In this document: one piece after another, positions 1 to 11,000 of the stretch
Position numbering within the stretch: the first letter of the stretch is position 1
Layout: every line of letters begins with the position of its first letter
From: Gemmatimonadota bacterium
GTDB taxonomy: Bacteria; Gemmatimonadota; Gemmatimonadetes; Gemmatimonadales; GWC2-71-9
Assembly: GCA_020351775.1 (NCBI GenBank)
Contig: CP070666.1
Span: 4,723,138-4,787,137 of the forward strand
Length of the DNA: 64,000 nt
Reading direction: 5' to 3'
Position numbers and translations under genes: made by a program
Notes under the pieces: generated by a model
Database searches by the model: none
What the model saw: the letters and a program-made list of their open reading frames with translations, nothing else
Told to the model about the DNA's origin: nothing

Positions 1-2289
1 GCCGACAAGCGGTTGGCGGTCCACGCCGAAGACCATCCAGTCGAGTACGGCGACTTCGAGGGAATCATACCCGAGGGCAACTACGGGGCCGGGGCGGTCA
101 TCGTATGGGACCAAGGCGTTTGGACCCCGCTGGAGGACCCGGCGGCCGGGCTCGAGAAGGGCAAGCTGTTGTTCGAGCTGCGCGGTTACAAGCTGCACGG
201 CAAGTGGACGCTAGTGAAAACGAAGCGGGATTGGCTACTCATCAAGGAACGTGACACCTACGTATCGGACGATGGCACGGAGTCGTATCCGGCGGACTCC
301 GTGTTCTCAGGGCTCACGGTCGAACAACTGCGGGATGGGGTCGACCGCGCGCAGCGTGTCAGACAACGCTTGATTGCATTCGGCGCGCCACGTTCAGCCG
401 TTACTCCGTCACGAACCAAGGTCATGCTGGCGGAGACGTCAAGGGAGCCATTCTCCAGATCTGGTTGGCTGTTCGAAATCAAGTATGATGGCTACCGGTT
501 GATAGCGGGCCGCGATGCTGGGACCGCGGTTTTGCGTTCGAGGGCCGGGAACGACCTCACCGCGACCTTCCCCGACATCGCAAAGGCCGTGGAGCGGCTG
601 CCGTATGACAACTTCGCGCTCGACGGCGAAGTCGTGGTTCACGACGATAACGGATTACCCAGTTTCCAGCGGCTGCAGAAGCGGGGCCGCCTGAGCCGCC
701 GGCTGGAGATACAGCGAGCGGCCGCCGAACATCCAGCCACACTATATGCTTTCGACCTTGTCGGATTCTCGGGATTCGACCTGCGCCCACTCCCGTTGGA
801 GACGAGAAAGTCACTGCTCCGCGAGATCCTCCCCACGGTCGGCCCACTGCGCTATTCGGAACACATCGCCGAGCAGGGAGCAGCAATGTTCGAGCAGGTG
901 CAGCGGATGCGCTTGGAGGGAATCGTGGCGAAGAAGGTCGATTCGCCGTACCGGGCCGGCCGGTCTCCGGACTGGGTGAAGATCCGCGCGGACCGAACCG
1001 ATGACTTCGTCGTGATCGGTTTCACCGACCGCAAGGGATCGCGCGGCGGATTCGGAGCGCTACACGTGGCCCAATACAGGGACGGAGATCTGGTCTACGC
1101 TGGTCGAGTCGGCACGGGATTCACTGAAGCACAGCTCGACGAGGTGCGGGATCAGTTGGACGAGCGCCTGCGAGACGAGCCTCCTTGTTCGGGACCGGTG
1201 CCGAGGGGCAAGCAAAACCACTGGGTCGAACCGGAGATGGTATGTGAGATCCGTTTCCGCGAGATGACCGAAGACGGGTTACTCAGGCATCCGGCTTTCC
1301 TGCGGTTCCGCGACGACAAGGCTCCCGAGGACTGCCTTCTTGAGGTCCACCCGTCGCACGTGCCCGAGCCCATTGTGGCCGCCGAATCCTCCACTGACGA
1401 ACGCACAATCACATTCACCAATCTGGATAAAGTCTTCTGGCCTGACGAGCGGTACACTAAGGGCGACCTGATCGAGTACTACCGCTCAGTGTCCGATTGG
1501 CTGCTGCCTTACTTGAAGAACCGGCCCGTCGTCATGACGCGCTACCCTGACGGGATAGAGGGCAAGTCGTTTTTTCAGAAGGACGCACCCAAGTTCGCTC
1601 CTGATTGGATCACGAGGCTCAGGTTGTGGAGCGAGGGCTCCGAGCGGGAACTTGACTACTTCGTGGCTGACGACCTGGAATCGCTACTCTACATCATCAA
1701 CCTGGGCACCATACCGCTACACATCTGGTCGAGCCACGTCGCGGCACTAGAGACACCGGACTGGTGCGTCCTGGACTTGGATCCCAAGGAGGCGCCGTTT
1801 TCCGACGTCGTCAAGATCGCCCGCGCGCTGCGTAGCCTGTGCCACGAGATCGAGCTGCCGTCGTTCATCAAGACCAGCGGTTCGTCTGGCCTGCACGTAC
1901 TGATCCCTCTGGGGCATCAGTGCACCTACGAGCAGTCGCGCACTCTGGGGCAGCTGCTGGCGCGCGTGATCGTTGCCGAACTGCCAGAGATCGCGACCGT
2001 CACGCGGATCCCGTCGAAGCGTGAGGGCAAGGTCTACATCGACTACGTGCAGAACGGCCATGGCCGGCTGCTGGTATCTCCCTTCTGCGTTCGGCCGTTA
2101 CCCGGCGCGCCCGTGAGCACGCCCTTGAAGTGGAGTGAAGTGAACGCACGATTGGATATTGGCAAGCATACGGTCAAGAGCGTACCGACGCGGATGAGGC
2201 GGCTCAAGACTGATCCCATGGTCGAGGTTCTCAGTTTCAAGCCGGATCTGAATCACGCGCTCAATTTGTTGACGCGGAAGTTCGAGTGA
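1..2289 (+). CDS. ligD: NHEJ DNA ligase D (phosphoesterase-ligase-polymerase), 5'-truncated by window edge
   Basis: Frame open from base 1. PE motif HAEDHPVEYGDFEGIIPEGNYGAG, ligase motif I EIKYDGYR, ligase motifs EGIVAKK and WVKI, primase-polymerase motifs KTSGSSGLHV and YIDYVQN. Confidence 0.95.
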   Translation, partial: ADKRLAVHAEDHPVEYGDFEGIIPEGNYGAGAVIVWDQGVWTPLEDPAAGLEKGKLLFELRGYKLHGKWTLVKTKRDWLLIKERDTYVSDDGTESYPADSVFSGLTVEQLRDGVDRAQRVRQRLIAFGAPRSAVTPSRTKVMLAETSREPFSRSGWLFEIKYDGYRLIAGRDAGTAVLRSRAGNDLTATFPDIAKAVERLPYDNFALDGEVVVHDDNGLPSFQRLQKRGRLSRRLEIQRAAAEHPATLYAFDLVGFSGFDLRPLPLETRKSLLREILPTVGPLRYSEHIAEQGAAMFEQVQRMRLEGIVAKKVDSPYRAGRSPDWVKIRADRTDDFVVIGFTDRKGSRGGFGALHVAQYRDGDLVYAGRVGTGFTEAQLDEVRDQLDERLRDEPPCSGPVPRGKQNHWVEPEMVCEIRFREMTEDGLLRHPAFLRFRDDKAPEDCLLEVHPSHVPEPIVAAESSTDERTITFTNLDKVFWPDERYTKGDLIEYYRSVSDWLLPYLKNRPVVMTRYPDGIEGKSFFQKDAPKFAPDWITRLRLWSEGSERELDYFVADDLESLLYIINLGTIPLHIWSSHVAALETPDWCVLDLDPKEAPFSDVVKIARALRSLCHEIELPSFIKTSGSSGLHVLIPLGHQCTYEQSRTLGQLLARVIVAELPEIATVTRIPSKREGKVYIDYVQNGHGRLLVSPFCVRPLPGAPVSTPLKWSEVNARLDIGKHTVKSVPTRMRRLKTDPMVEVLSFKPDLNHALNLLTRKFE

Positions 2290-2427
2290 ACCAGCCGCTA
2301 CGGCTGCTGGATTCAGGTTGGTGGGACCGGGCAGGGCTTGGCGTCCGCAGCCGCAAGGGACGAGGCTGTTCCGGGTGACGCAGCCTGAAGCGGATGAGAG
2401 CATCAGTCCAGATAGGAGAATGGGGAC

Positions 2428-3975
2428 TTGAACACACGGCAACAGGAGTCAGGGTCAATCGGGCTCGCTTGGAGAATCGTTGGTGCACTCATTGCGGTGA
2501 AACTGGCACTCCACTTTGGCGTCAACCTGTTCGGCCCCTACGAGTTCCACCGCGATGAGTTCCTCTACATGGCCATGGGACAGCACCTTCGTTTCTGGCG
2601 CATGGACTTCCCGCCTTTCATCGCACTGGTATCCGTGCTGGAGCGTGGCGTCCTGGGTGACTCTCTGTTCGCCGTGAGGTTGTTCCCCGCTCTGTTCAGC
2701 GCCGCTCTGCTCGTGCTCGCAGCGCTGATCGCCAAGGAGCTGGGAGGCGGTCGGTTCGCGCAGGCTTTCACGGCGCTGTGCATCCTGGCGAACATCCTGT
2801 TTCTACGGGCGGGCAACCTGTTCCAGCCCGTGGTGTTCGATCAGGTCTGGTGGACGGTCGCGCTGCTCGCGCTGGTGAAGCTGTGCAAGACCGACGATCC
2901 GGGGTGGTGGCTCCTGTTCGGTATCGCCTGCGGGCTCGGCCTGCTCTCGAAGTTCAGCATTTTGATCTTCGGGCTCGCGGCCCTGATCGGGCTCGTCGTA
3001 TCTGCGCGGCGGCGCGAGTTCCTCACCGCCTGGCCGTGGTATGCGGCTCTCCTGGCGTTGCTGATCGGGAGCCCGAGCATTGTCGGTCAGATCCAGCTGG
3101 GGTTTCCGGTGCTCGATCAAATGGGTGACCTGCGAAGTGCCCAACTGGCACGCGTGACGCCGGTCGGTTTTCTGGTGGGCCAATGGCAGTGGGGACCCCA
3201 GGCCCTGGTCGCATTGGCAGGCCTGATCGCACTCCTATCTCTGCGCGGCATGAGACAGTTTCGGGTCGTGGGATGGACATGTCTCGCTGCATTGGTGCTG
3301 CTGATCCTGCTGCGTGGCAAGCCCTACTACGCCGGTCCCCTCCATCCTATGCTGCTGGCGGCCGGGGCCATCCTCATCGAGCGTCTCAGAGTACCGCGTT
3401 GGTCGACTCTGTTGCGCTGGACCACCGTCACAGTGGTGCTGGGATACTCGGTCGTGACCCTTCCCATAGGCCTGCCGATACTGGCACCTCCCACCATGGT
3501 GCGGTACCTGGACTGGCTGGGGTCGGAGGATGCGGTGACCACGAACGTGGGCAGCATCGAACGCCTGCCGCAGGACTTCGCCGACATGTTGGGCTGGGAG
3601 GCACAGGTAGATGCAATCGCGCAGGTGTATCACGGTCTCGATTCCGCGGAACAGGAACAGGCAGTCCTATTGGGTTCCAACTACGGCGAGGCGGGCGCCA
3701 TCGACTTCTACGGACCGCGCCGTGGACTGCCCAAGGCCATCGCCTACGTCGGCACCTATTGGTTCTTCGGACCCGGAGACAAGCCGGGAGACGTTGTGAT
3801 CTCGATCGGCTTTTCGTACGAGGACATGGCAGACTTCTTCGACGGTGTCACGACCGCGGCGCACGTCACGAACCGATATGCGGTAGCCGAGCAGCGTGAC
3901 CTGTTCATTTATGTGTGTCGCGGGCCCCGAGAGACGGTACAGGAGGTGTGGCCGAGCTTGGCCGGGGAGCAGTGA
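2428..3975 (+). CDS. Membrane glycosyltransferase, family 39/ArnT-like
   Basis: Multiple hydrophobic segments; motifs HRDEFLY, MDFPP, GLGLLSKFS and GKPYY typical of GT-C PMT/ArnT-like proteins. Confidence 0.8.
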   Translation: MNTRQQESGSIGLAWRIVGALIAVKLALHFGVNLFGPYEFHRDEFLYMAMGQHLRFWRMDFPPFIALVSVLERGVLGDSLFAVRLFPALFSAALLVLAALIAKELGGGRFAQAFTALCILANILFLRAGNLFQPVVFDQVWWTVALLALVKLCKTDDPGWWLLFGIACGLGLLSKFSILIFGLAALIGLVVSARRREFLTAWPWYAALLALLIGSPSIVGQIQLGFPVLDQMGDLRSAQLARVTPVGFLVGQWQWGPQALVALAGLIALLSLRGMRQFRVVGWTCLAALVLLILLRGKPYYAGPLHPMLLAAGAILIERLRVPRWSTLLRWTTVTVVLGYSVVTLPIGLPILAPPTMVRYLDWLGSEDAVTTNVGSIERLPQDFADMLGWEAQVDAIAQVYHGLDSAEQEQAVLLGSNYGEAGAIDFYGPRRGLPKAIAYVGTYWFFGPGDKPGDVVISIGFSYEDMADFFDGVTTAAHVTNRYAVAEQRDLFIYVCRGPRETVQEVWPSLAGEQ

Positions 3976-3983
3976 GCCGACAT

Positions 3984-4655
3984 ATGAGAACGAAGGAATC
4001 TCAGTTCACCGTCGAGTCCCGAGGTCCAGTCTCGGCTTTGTTGCTGCGCCCCGAAGGCGCACGGTTGCTCTACGTGCTCGGCCACGGTGCGGGCGCCGGT
4101 ATGAAGCACCCGTTCATGGAACGGGTGGCTACCGAACTGGCCGAACGGCGCATTGCCACGTTCCGCTATCAGTTTCCCTACATGGAAGCCGGCCGCCGGT
4201 CACCGGACCCACCCAAGGTCTTGGAGGAAACCGTGCGCGCGGCAATCGCAGCGGCACACAGAGCGGTGCCTGACCTGCCGCTGATAGCCGGCGGGAAATC
4301 GATGGGTGGTCGCATCAGCTCGCATGTCGCTACAGAGAACCCGCCGTCAGAACTGCAGGGACTCGTGTTCCTGGGATACCCGCTGCACGCTCCCAAGAAG
4401 CCAGCAGCAAGGCGCGCCACACACTTGGGTCAAATTGATGTACCGATGTTGTTCCTGCAGGGTACGCGTGACGACCTAGCTGATCTTGCGCTCCTCGCTC
4501 CGATAGTGCAGCGGCTGGGCTCCAACGCGACACTGCACGTCGTGGAAGGCGGCGATCACTCGTTCAAGGTTCTGAAACGGTCGGGGCGGACGGAGGATGA
4601 GGTACTGGCGGAGATCGCGGATGCCATTGACTCTTGGGCTGAAAGAGTAGCCTGA
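3984..4655 (+). CDS. Alpha/beta hydrolase (KANL3/Tex30-like family)
   Basis: HGAGAGM, nucleophile elbow GGKSMGG, QGTRD and GGDHSF. Start moved to ATG 3984, just after the upstream stop. Confidence 0.85.
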   Translation: MRTKESQFTVESRGPVSALLLRPEGARLLYVLGHGAGAGMKHPFMERVATELAERRIATFRYQFPYMEAGRRSPDPPKVLEETVRAAIAAAHRAVPDLPLIAGGKSMGGRISSHVATENPPSELQGLVFLGYPLHAPKKPAARRATHLGQIDVPMLFLQGTRDDLADLALLAPIVQRLGSNATLHVVEGGDHSFKVLKRSGRTEDEVLAEIADAIDSWAERVA

Positions 4656-4776
4656 GCAGCCGGTGCCGCACCTATTCGTAGGCTTGCCGTGCCGGTTGCC
4701 GCTGGTCAGATTGCCTGCGTCTGCAGAGCACACACGACAAACGTCGGGCCCCAGTGTCCCGGCCGGGAGAGGCATC

Positions 4777-6831
4777 ATGAGAAAGTCGAGTTTCTGGCTT
4801 CTGGCACTGGTGCTGTCGAGCCAGGTCGCCAGGGCGCAGAGCGATCATGCTGATCGGTTCCAGCTGGCAGATGTGTTCCAACTCGAGCTGGCATCGGATC
4901 CACAGATCTCACCCGACGGAAGCAAGATCGTCTACGTCCGCAACTTCATGGACATCATGACGGACCGGCGGCGCTCCAATCTCTGGATCATCAACTATGA
5001 CGGAACTAGCCATCGGCCGCTCACCACCGGCAACGCGGACTACTCATCGCCGCGTTGGTCGCCTGACGGTACCCGACTGCTGTATGTGTCGAGCGCAGAC
5101 GGCTCATCGCAGGTCTACGTGCGGTTCATGGACGACGGCCAGACCGCGAAGCTCACCAATCTGACGATGTCGCCCAGCAGCGTCACCTGGTCGCCGGACG
5201 GGGAATGGATTGCGTTTACGATGATGGTCCCTCAGCCGGCTCCATCAATCGTGAAGCTGCCGCCCAAGCCGCCGGGTGCCGAGTGGGCGGAACCAGCGGT
5301 CTATGTCGAGAAGACGATCTACCGCAGGGACGGAGCCGGGTACATTCCGAACGGCAACAGCCACATCTTCGTGCTCCCCGCCGAGGGCGGTACACCGCGT
5401 CAGATAACGAGTGGTGACTTTAACTTCGGCGGACCGCTGAACTGGTCACCCGATGGCAGCTCCCTCATCTTCTCAGCCAACCTGCAGCAGGATTGGGAAT
5501 ACAATCTCAACGACTCCGAGGTCTACGAAATCGCGGTGGCTGACGGAGCGCTCACAGCGCTGACGGACAGAGCGGGCCCCGACGGAAGTCCGGCTCTGTC
5601 TCCCGATGGGTCTCGGATCGCGTACACTGGCTTCGATGACCGCAAGCAGGGTTATCAGGTGACACATCTATACGTGATGAGCCGGGACGGCAGCGGCAAG
5701 CGGGTGCTGACCCAAGGGCTTGACCGCTCGGTTCAGGGCCCGGTGTGGAGTGCGGACGGGCGCGGCGTCTATTTCCAGTACACCGACCACGGCAACACCA
5801 AGCTCGCCTACACGTCACTGGATGGGGCTGTGCGGACGTTCGTGGGTGACGTGGGCGGCCTGTCGCTAGGCAGGCCGTACGCAGGCGGTCAGTTCTCGGT
5901 CTCGGCGAACGGGCGCTTCGCCTATACCCATTCCCGTCCGGACCGCCCCGCGGACGTCGCCGTGGCGCGCGTTGGATCGTCCGAGGGTAGGCGCATCACA
6001 GAACTCAATGAGGATCTGCTGGGGCACAAGCAGTTGGGCGCGGTCCAGGAGATCTGGTTCGAATCTTCGCATGACGGCCGTCAGATCCAGGGCTGGATTG
6101 TCAAACCACCCGACTTTGATCCCAGCCAGAAGTATCCGCTGATATTGGAGATACACGGCGGTCCCTTCGCCAACTACGGCGATCGCTTCGCCGCCGAGAT
6201 CCAGCTCTATGCGGCGGCCGGATATGTGGTGCTCTACACCAACCCAAGGGGTAGCACGAGCTACGGCGAAGAATTCGGCAACTTGATACACCACGCATAT
6301 CCGGGCGACGACTACCACGACCTCATGTCGGGAGTGGATGCGGTCATTGCCGAGGGTTACGTGGACGAAAACAGCCTGTTCGTCACCGGCGGCAGTGGGG
6401 GTGGCGTCCTATCCAGCTGGACCGTCGGTCACACCGATCGGTTCGCTGCAGCAGTCGTGCAGAAGCCCGTCATCAACTGGTACAGCTTCGTATTGACATC
6501 GGACTTCTACACCACTTTCGCACAATACTGGTTCCCAGGTAATCCGTGGGATCACTTGGAACACTACATGGAGCGCTCACCAATATCCTTCGTTGGCAAT
6601 GTCAGGACCCCAACCATGTTGATCACCGGTGAGGCCGACCATCGCACTCCCATCTCGGAATCAGAGCAGTTCTACCAAGCCTTGAAGCTGCAGAAGGTAG
6701 AGGCAGCGTTGGTGCGGATCCCGGACGCCCCGCATGGTATCGCCAACAGGCCAAGCAACCTGATATCCAAGGTTGCCTACATCTTGGCGTGGTTCGAGAA
6801 GTACCGCACCAAAGACACGCCGACATCGTGA
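4777..6831 (+). CDS. Exported S9 (prolyl oligopeptidase family) peptidase with TolB-like propeller
   Basis: Signal peptide MRKSSFWLLALVLSSQVARA after a GGAGAGG SD; repeated SPDG/WSPDG blades; triad motifs GGSGGG, GEADHR and APHGI. Confidence 0.9.
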   Translation: MRKSSFWLLALVLSSQVARAQSDHADRFQLADVFQLELASDPQISPDGSKIVYVRNFMDIMTDRRRSNLWIINYDGTSHRPLTTGNADYSSPRWSPDGTRLLYVSSADGSSQVYVRFMDDGQTAKLTNLTMSPSSVTWSPDGEWIAFTMMVPQPAPSIVKLPPKPPGAEWAEPAVYVEKTIYRRDGAGYIPNGNSHIFVLPAEGGTPRQITSGDFNFGGPLNWSPDGSSLIFSANLQQDWEYNLNDSEVYEIAVADGALTALTDRAGPDGSPALSPDGSRIAYTGFDDRKQGYQVTHLYVMSRDGSGKRVLTQGLDRSVQGPVWSADGRGVYFQYTDHGNTKLAYTSLDGAVRTFVGDVGGLSLGRPYAGGQFSVSANGRFAYTHSRPDRPADVAVARVGSSEGRRITELNEDLLGHKQLGAVQEIWFESSHDGRQIQGWIVKPPDFDPSQKYPLILEIHGGPFANYGDRFAAEIQLYAAAGYVVLYTNPRGSTSYGEEFGNLIHHAYPGDDYHDLMSGVDAVIAEGYVDENSLFVTGGSGGGVLSSWTVGHTDRFAAAVVQKPVINWYSFVLTSDFYTTFAQYWFPGNPWDHLEHYMERSPISFVGNVRTPTMLITGEADHRTPISESEQFYQALKLQKVEAALVRIPDAPHGIANRPSNLISKVAYILAWFEKYRTKDTPTS

Positions 6832-6853
6832 ATTTCGGGGGGAGGTGTGACAA

Positions 6854-7492
6854 TTGACACTTGAGAACGGAAGAACGCCAGTGGGCCGGCACGTAGTGCA
6901 TCTGGCACCTCTTCTGCTAGTCTGTCTGGCAGCAGTCGCATGTTCCCGTGAGTCGTTGGAGGTGACGCCCGACGAGGAACAGTGGGTGTCCACCGTCGGG
7001 CATGAGGCAGCCAGCTCGCTCACGCAAGGTCTGGTTGCACGCCTGCTGGCGGCAATTGAAGAAGGTGGCCCCGCACGCGCCGTTGATGTCTGTTCCAACG
7101 AGGCACTGCAGCTCACGGCGGAGATTCGACAGCAGATGGCAAACGGGATCGAGTTGAAGCGGACCTCGTTCAAGTACAGGAACCCGGCAAACGCACCCGA
7201 CAGTCTGGAGACCGCCGCGATCACTCACTTCGTGGAGATGCTGGCAAGCCAAAGCGAGCTGCCGCCGTACCATGTACAGCAGGTGGCCCGAGATACGTTC
7301 CGTTATTACCAACCACTGGTGGTCAACCAGCTGTGCGTCCAATGCCACGGTACACCCGAGACGATGTCCCCTGAAGTGCAAGCGCAGCTAGCGGCACGGT
7401 ACCCCGATGACCGAGCCGTGGGTTACTCGGTGGGTGAGCTGCGGGGTGTCATAAGGGTCTCGATCCCGGCGAGTGTACTAGAGGAGCAGTAG
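6854..7492 (+). CDS. DUF3365/Tll0287-like c-type heme lipoprotein
   Basis: GGAGG SD before TTG; lipobox-like LAAVAC; RTSFKYRNPANAPD; single CxxCH (CVQCH); C-terminal GYSVGELRGVI. Confidence 0.8.
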   Translation: MTLENGRTPVGRHVVHLAPLLLVCLAAVACSRESLEVTPDEEQWVSTVGHEAASSLTQGLVARLLAAIEEGGPARAVDVCSNEALQLTAEIRQQMANGIELKRTSFKYRNPANAPDSLETAAITHFVEMLASQSELPPYHVQQVARDTFRYYQPLVVNQLCVQCHGTPETMSPEVQAQLAARYPDDRAVGYSVGELRGVIRVSIPASVLEEQ

Positions 7493-7559
7493 GGACTCCG
7501 GGACGGAGTTGAGGCCACCAACCACGAGATGAGACGATCGCGATGTAAGGAGGTTCAGC

Positions 7560-8030
7560 GTGTCCGTTGACCCAGGGAAGACTGCTCCGGCTTTTACACT
7601 GCGAGATGAGAACGGGACCCAGGTAGCACTCAAGGACTACCGTGGCAAGGACGTGATCGTCTACTTCTACCCAAGGGACTCCACCTCCGGCTGCACCAAG
7701 GAGGCGCAGGGTTTTCGAGACCTGTGGCAGCAAATCCAGAAAGCAGGTGCCGTGGTAATTGGAATCTCTCCGGACAGTCAGGCATCGCACCAGAGATTCA
7801 AGCTCAAGTACGACTTACCGTTTCCGCTCCTGTCCGACCCCGACAAGAAGGTGATGCGGAAGTACGGCGCCTTCGGCGAGAAGATGATGTACGGCAAGAA
7901 GACCCAGGGCGTGATCCGTTCTACGGTGTGGATCGGGCCAGACGGTCAGGTCAAGCGGCACTGGGCAAAGATAGCTAGGGCTGCAGACCACCCCGCCAAA
8001 GTCCTGGAGGCGTTGCAGGAACAGGGATAG
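7560..8030 (+). CDS. bcp: Peroxiredoxin BCP/PrxQ, single cysteine
   Basis: YFYPRDSTSGCTKEA (PxxxTxxC), GISPD and LLSDPD; AGGAGG SD before GTG. Confidence 0.9.
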   Translation: MSVDPGKTAPAFTLRDENGTQVALKDYRGKDVIVYFYPRDSTSGCTKEAQGFRDLWQQIQKAGAVVIGISPDSQASHQRFKLKYDLPFPLLSDPDKKVMRKYGAFGEKMMYGKKTQGVIRSTVWIGPDGQVKRHWAKIARAADHPAKVLEALQEQG

Positions 8031-8049
8031 CGCAATGCAGCCGATCTAT

Positions 8050-8076
8050 CCCTTCTTCTCCACACGGGAAGAAGGG
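8050..8076. terminator. Probable bidirectional terminator hairpin between convergent genes
   Basis: CCCTTCTTC(TC)-CACAC-(GG)GAAGAAGGG stem-loop between the bcp stop (8030) and the 8085 stop. Confidence 0.6.
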
Positions 8077-8084
8077 GCATCACG

Positions 8085-11000
8085 TCACCTGTTGCCGCCG
8101 CCACCCCTTCGAGAGAGTTCCCGGTAGTATTGGTCCACCAGTTCGCGGTACCCTTCCGGCACGTCGTCCGAGCCAGCCAGATAGAGCCGTTCGGCGGCCG
8201 CTTCGCCCAGCAACTCCTTGCGTAGGTTGAACTCGAAGTCTTTGAGACCCTGAATCACCTCCAACTCCAGTTCATCGAGTCCCAGCGGTTCTCCCAACTC
8301 CCGCTGGAAGTCACGGATCCCGGCGATCACCTCGCCCAAGTCATCGACATCTACATCCTCTCGGCGCAGCTCGTCACGCAATTCGGACAGTTCGTTCTGG
8401 CGCTCCCGCAATTCGCGCTGGAACTGCCGCACGTCGCCCGGAAGGAGTCGCGCCTGCCCGCCACCGCCGCCGCCCATCGATGGCGGCATTGCAGTCCGCT
8501 CATCGCCACCCCCCTCGCTCTGCCCTTGTCGGCCTTGTTGACCTTGCTGGCCCTGTTGGCTCTGCTCGCTCCCCTGCTCGGCGGCCGCGCGCATGCGCTC
8601 GTTGAGCGATTCCAGAGCGTTGACCGCGTCCCGGGTGCGGTCGAGTGAGCGTGCCAGGCGCTGTTCCCTGGACTCCCCGATTGCGTCGAGGCCGGCTGCG
8701 ATTCGCTCGGTGAGCTCATCGATATTGCTCGCAATCTGATCCTCCAGGTTGCGAGCGTACTCCGGCGAACCCTGTTCGATCACGCCGCGAGAGTATAGGA
8801 TCTTCTCGCGCAGCTTGTTGTCGCGAATCGACGCGGCTGCCTCTCTGAGCTCGCGTGCTGCCTCCTGCTGTTCGCCCTGAGATTCGCGACTCATTTGTTC
8901 CAGTTCAGCTTCAATCCCTGCCACCTCCTGAGCCATTGCCTCCTTGCGCTGCCGCAGCCTGTTGATCTGTTCCGCGCGAGTCCGAGCATCCATGCTCAGG
9001 TCGGCCACATCCTGCTGCGTCTCCTGCTGCTCCTGCGCCAGCCGCTGCGCACGCCGCAGAGCATCCTGCACGTCTCGCTGGAGCCGCCCGGTCCTGTTCT
9101 GATCCATCAGCCGACGTGCTTCCCGGAGCTGGTCCAGCGCTTCGACGCCCTGGGCCACACCGCTATTGCGGGAGTTGGAAGCGGCCCGTCGCATCGCTTC
9201 TGCAGCCTCTTGTAGGTTGCGCACGGTCTCTTCCAGCTCGGGGCGCCCTTGTTCCCGCGACAGCCGTTCCAGCTGGCGTGCCAGCTCTTCCGCCTCCTCC
9301 GCCAACCGACGCTGTGACTGCCCACCGCCACCACCACCGGCTTGATTCTGGAGATTCTGCTGGGCTGCTCGCATGCGCTCGTTCTCTTGTTGCTGTCGGC
9401 GAGCCAACTCCCTCAGCTTCTGGGTTATCTCGTCCAGCTCCTGGTCGACCTGCTCCTGCTGACCCCGTTGGATCTGCTCGTACTGGTTACGCATGCGGTC
9501 GAGTTCGAGATCGAACAGGTCGGCCAGATCCTCCATGTCCGACTCCTGGCCACCACCGCCGCCACCACCACCGCTGCCCCGACTCACCTGCACCTCGCGG
9601 TATGCGGCTTCGGCGCGTTGCAGGTGTTGGAGTGCACGCTGTTCCGGCGGAAGCGCTTCCGGGGCATCCCGCTCGCCCAGCTCCTCCTCGGCGGCTTCCA
9701 TCGCCTCGATCGCCTGCGGCAGCTCTTCCGCAATCGCACGAAACGTTGAGTCGAGTTGCACGATGCCACGGGTGTTGATGCGCTGGACGAGAACCTCGAC
9801 TTCTTCGCGCAGCCGGCCCTGGGCCAAAGCCAGGGTCACTAGGTTCTCATTGTACTCTGCGTCGGTGTACTCGTCGCGGTCACGGACCATCCTGAAGGTG
9901 CCGGCAATTATGTCCCGTTGCCGTCGCGACAGATCACCGCTCATCTCGCCTGCGCCCCCGCCGCCACTCATTCCTGGCGGCTGCTCGCCCTGGCGGTATT
10001 CGCGCTCGAACGGCCTCACTTCCATGAAGTAGATGTCGGTCATCGCCCCCTGGGTGTCGGGACCGCGATCAGCTTCGGAAACGCGGCCGTAGTACGAAAT
10101 CAAGTCACCTGGCTCGAGCTCTAGCTCCTCGATGAACATCGTGTGGCTGGCCGTGACCTGCTTGCGAACGCTACCCCCGCCAAACAGCAGTACGGTGTCC
10201 TGCGCACCGCCATTGACCGAGTAGATCAACTCGAGCCGGGCGAGGCCGTAGTCGTCCTCTGCCTGCAACTCCGTAAATACCTCTTCCACAGAGGTGACGG
10301 TTATGTCGCGCCCCGGTTTGGAAAACGAGACGACTGGAGACTGATCGGTCAGCACATCGATTATGTAGTCGGGAGATGCGACGACTAGGTCGCCTTCGAA
10401 ACCCTGCAACAGAACACGATACTGCCCAGGATCGCGGATATTCATCGTGCCCTTCAGCAAGCCTTCCTCGCCAGGCTGCAACGGAATCGTATCACGATCA
10501 TCCAGCACCAACACACCATTCGTGACCGGCATTGTCGCCGTCACCCGCAGCTCGACTCGGGTTCCTCGCAGTGCCGCAATGTCACCCGTGTTCTCTTGCC
10601 GCTGCGGCGACAACCCGGTGTACGCGGGGAAATGGTACTCCACGTCTATCTGGTCGACGTAGGGGAGATCGGCTACGTCGATTCGGAACAGTGGTGACCG
10701 CACGCTGCTGGCCTCGACATAGTATTCGGTCTGCTCCGACAGGTCGAACAGCAGCAAGGCGAATTCACCGGTCTCCTCGTCGACGGTCATGGGCCAGCGA
10801 TCCCATTGAGACTCGCCACTGCGCTTGACCGCCAAATCGACTTCGTTGGAATTGAAGTTCTGCAGTATTGCGGTGATCCGCAGATCGGCGCCGCGGGCCA
10901 CTGTCACATTACCCGGTACAACGGTGATCGAGTAGGGGTTGGTCGTAGCAGCCTCGTTCCACGGAGTCAGCAGAAACGGAGCGCTGTGCTCGAGAAAACC

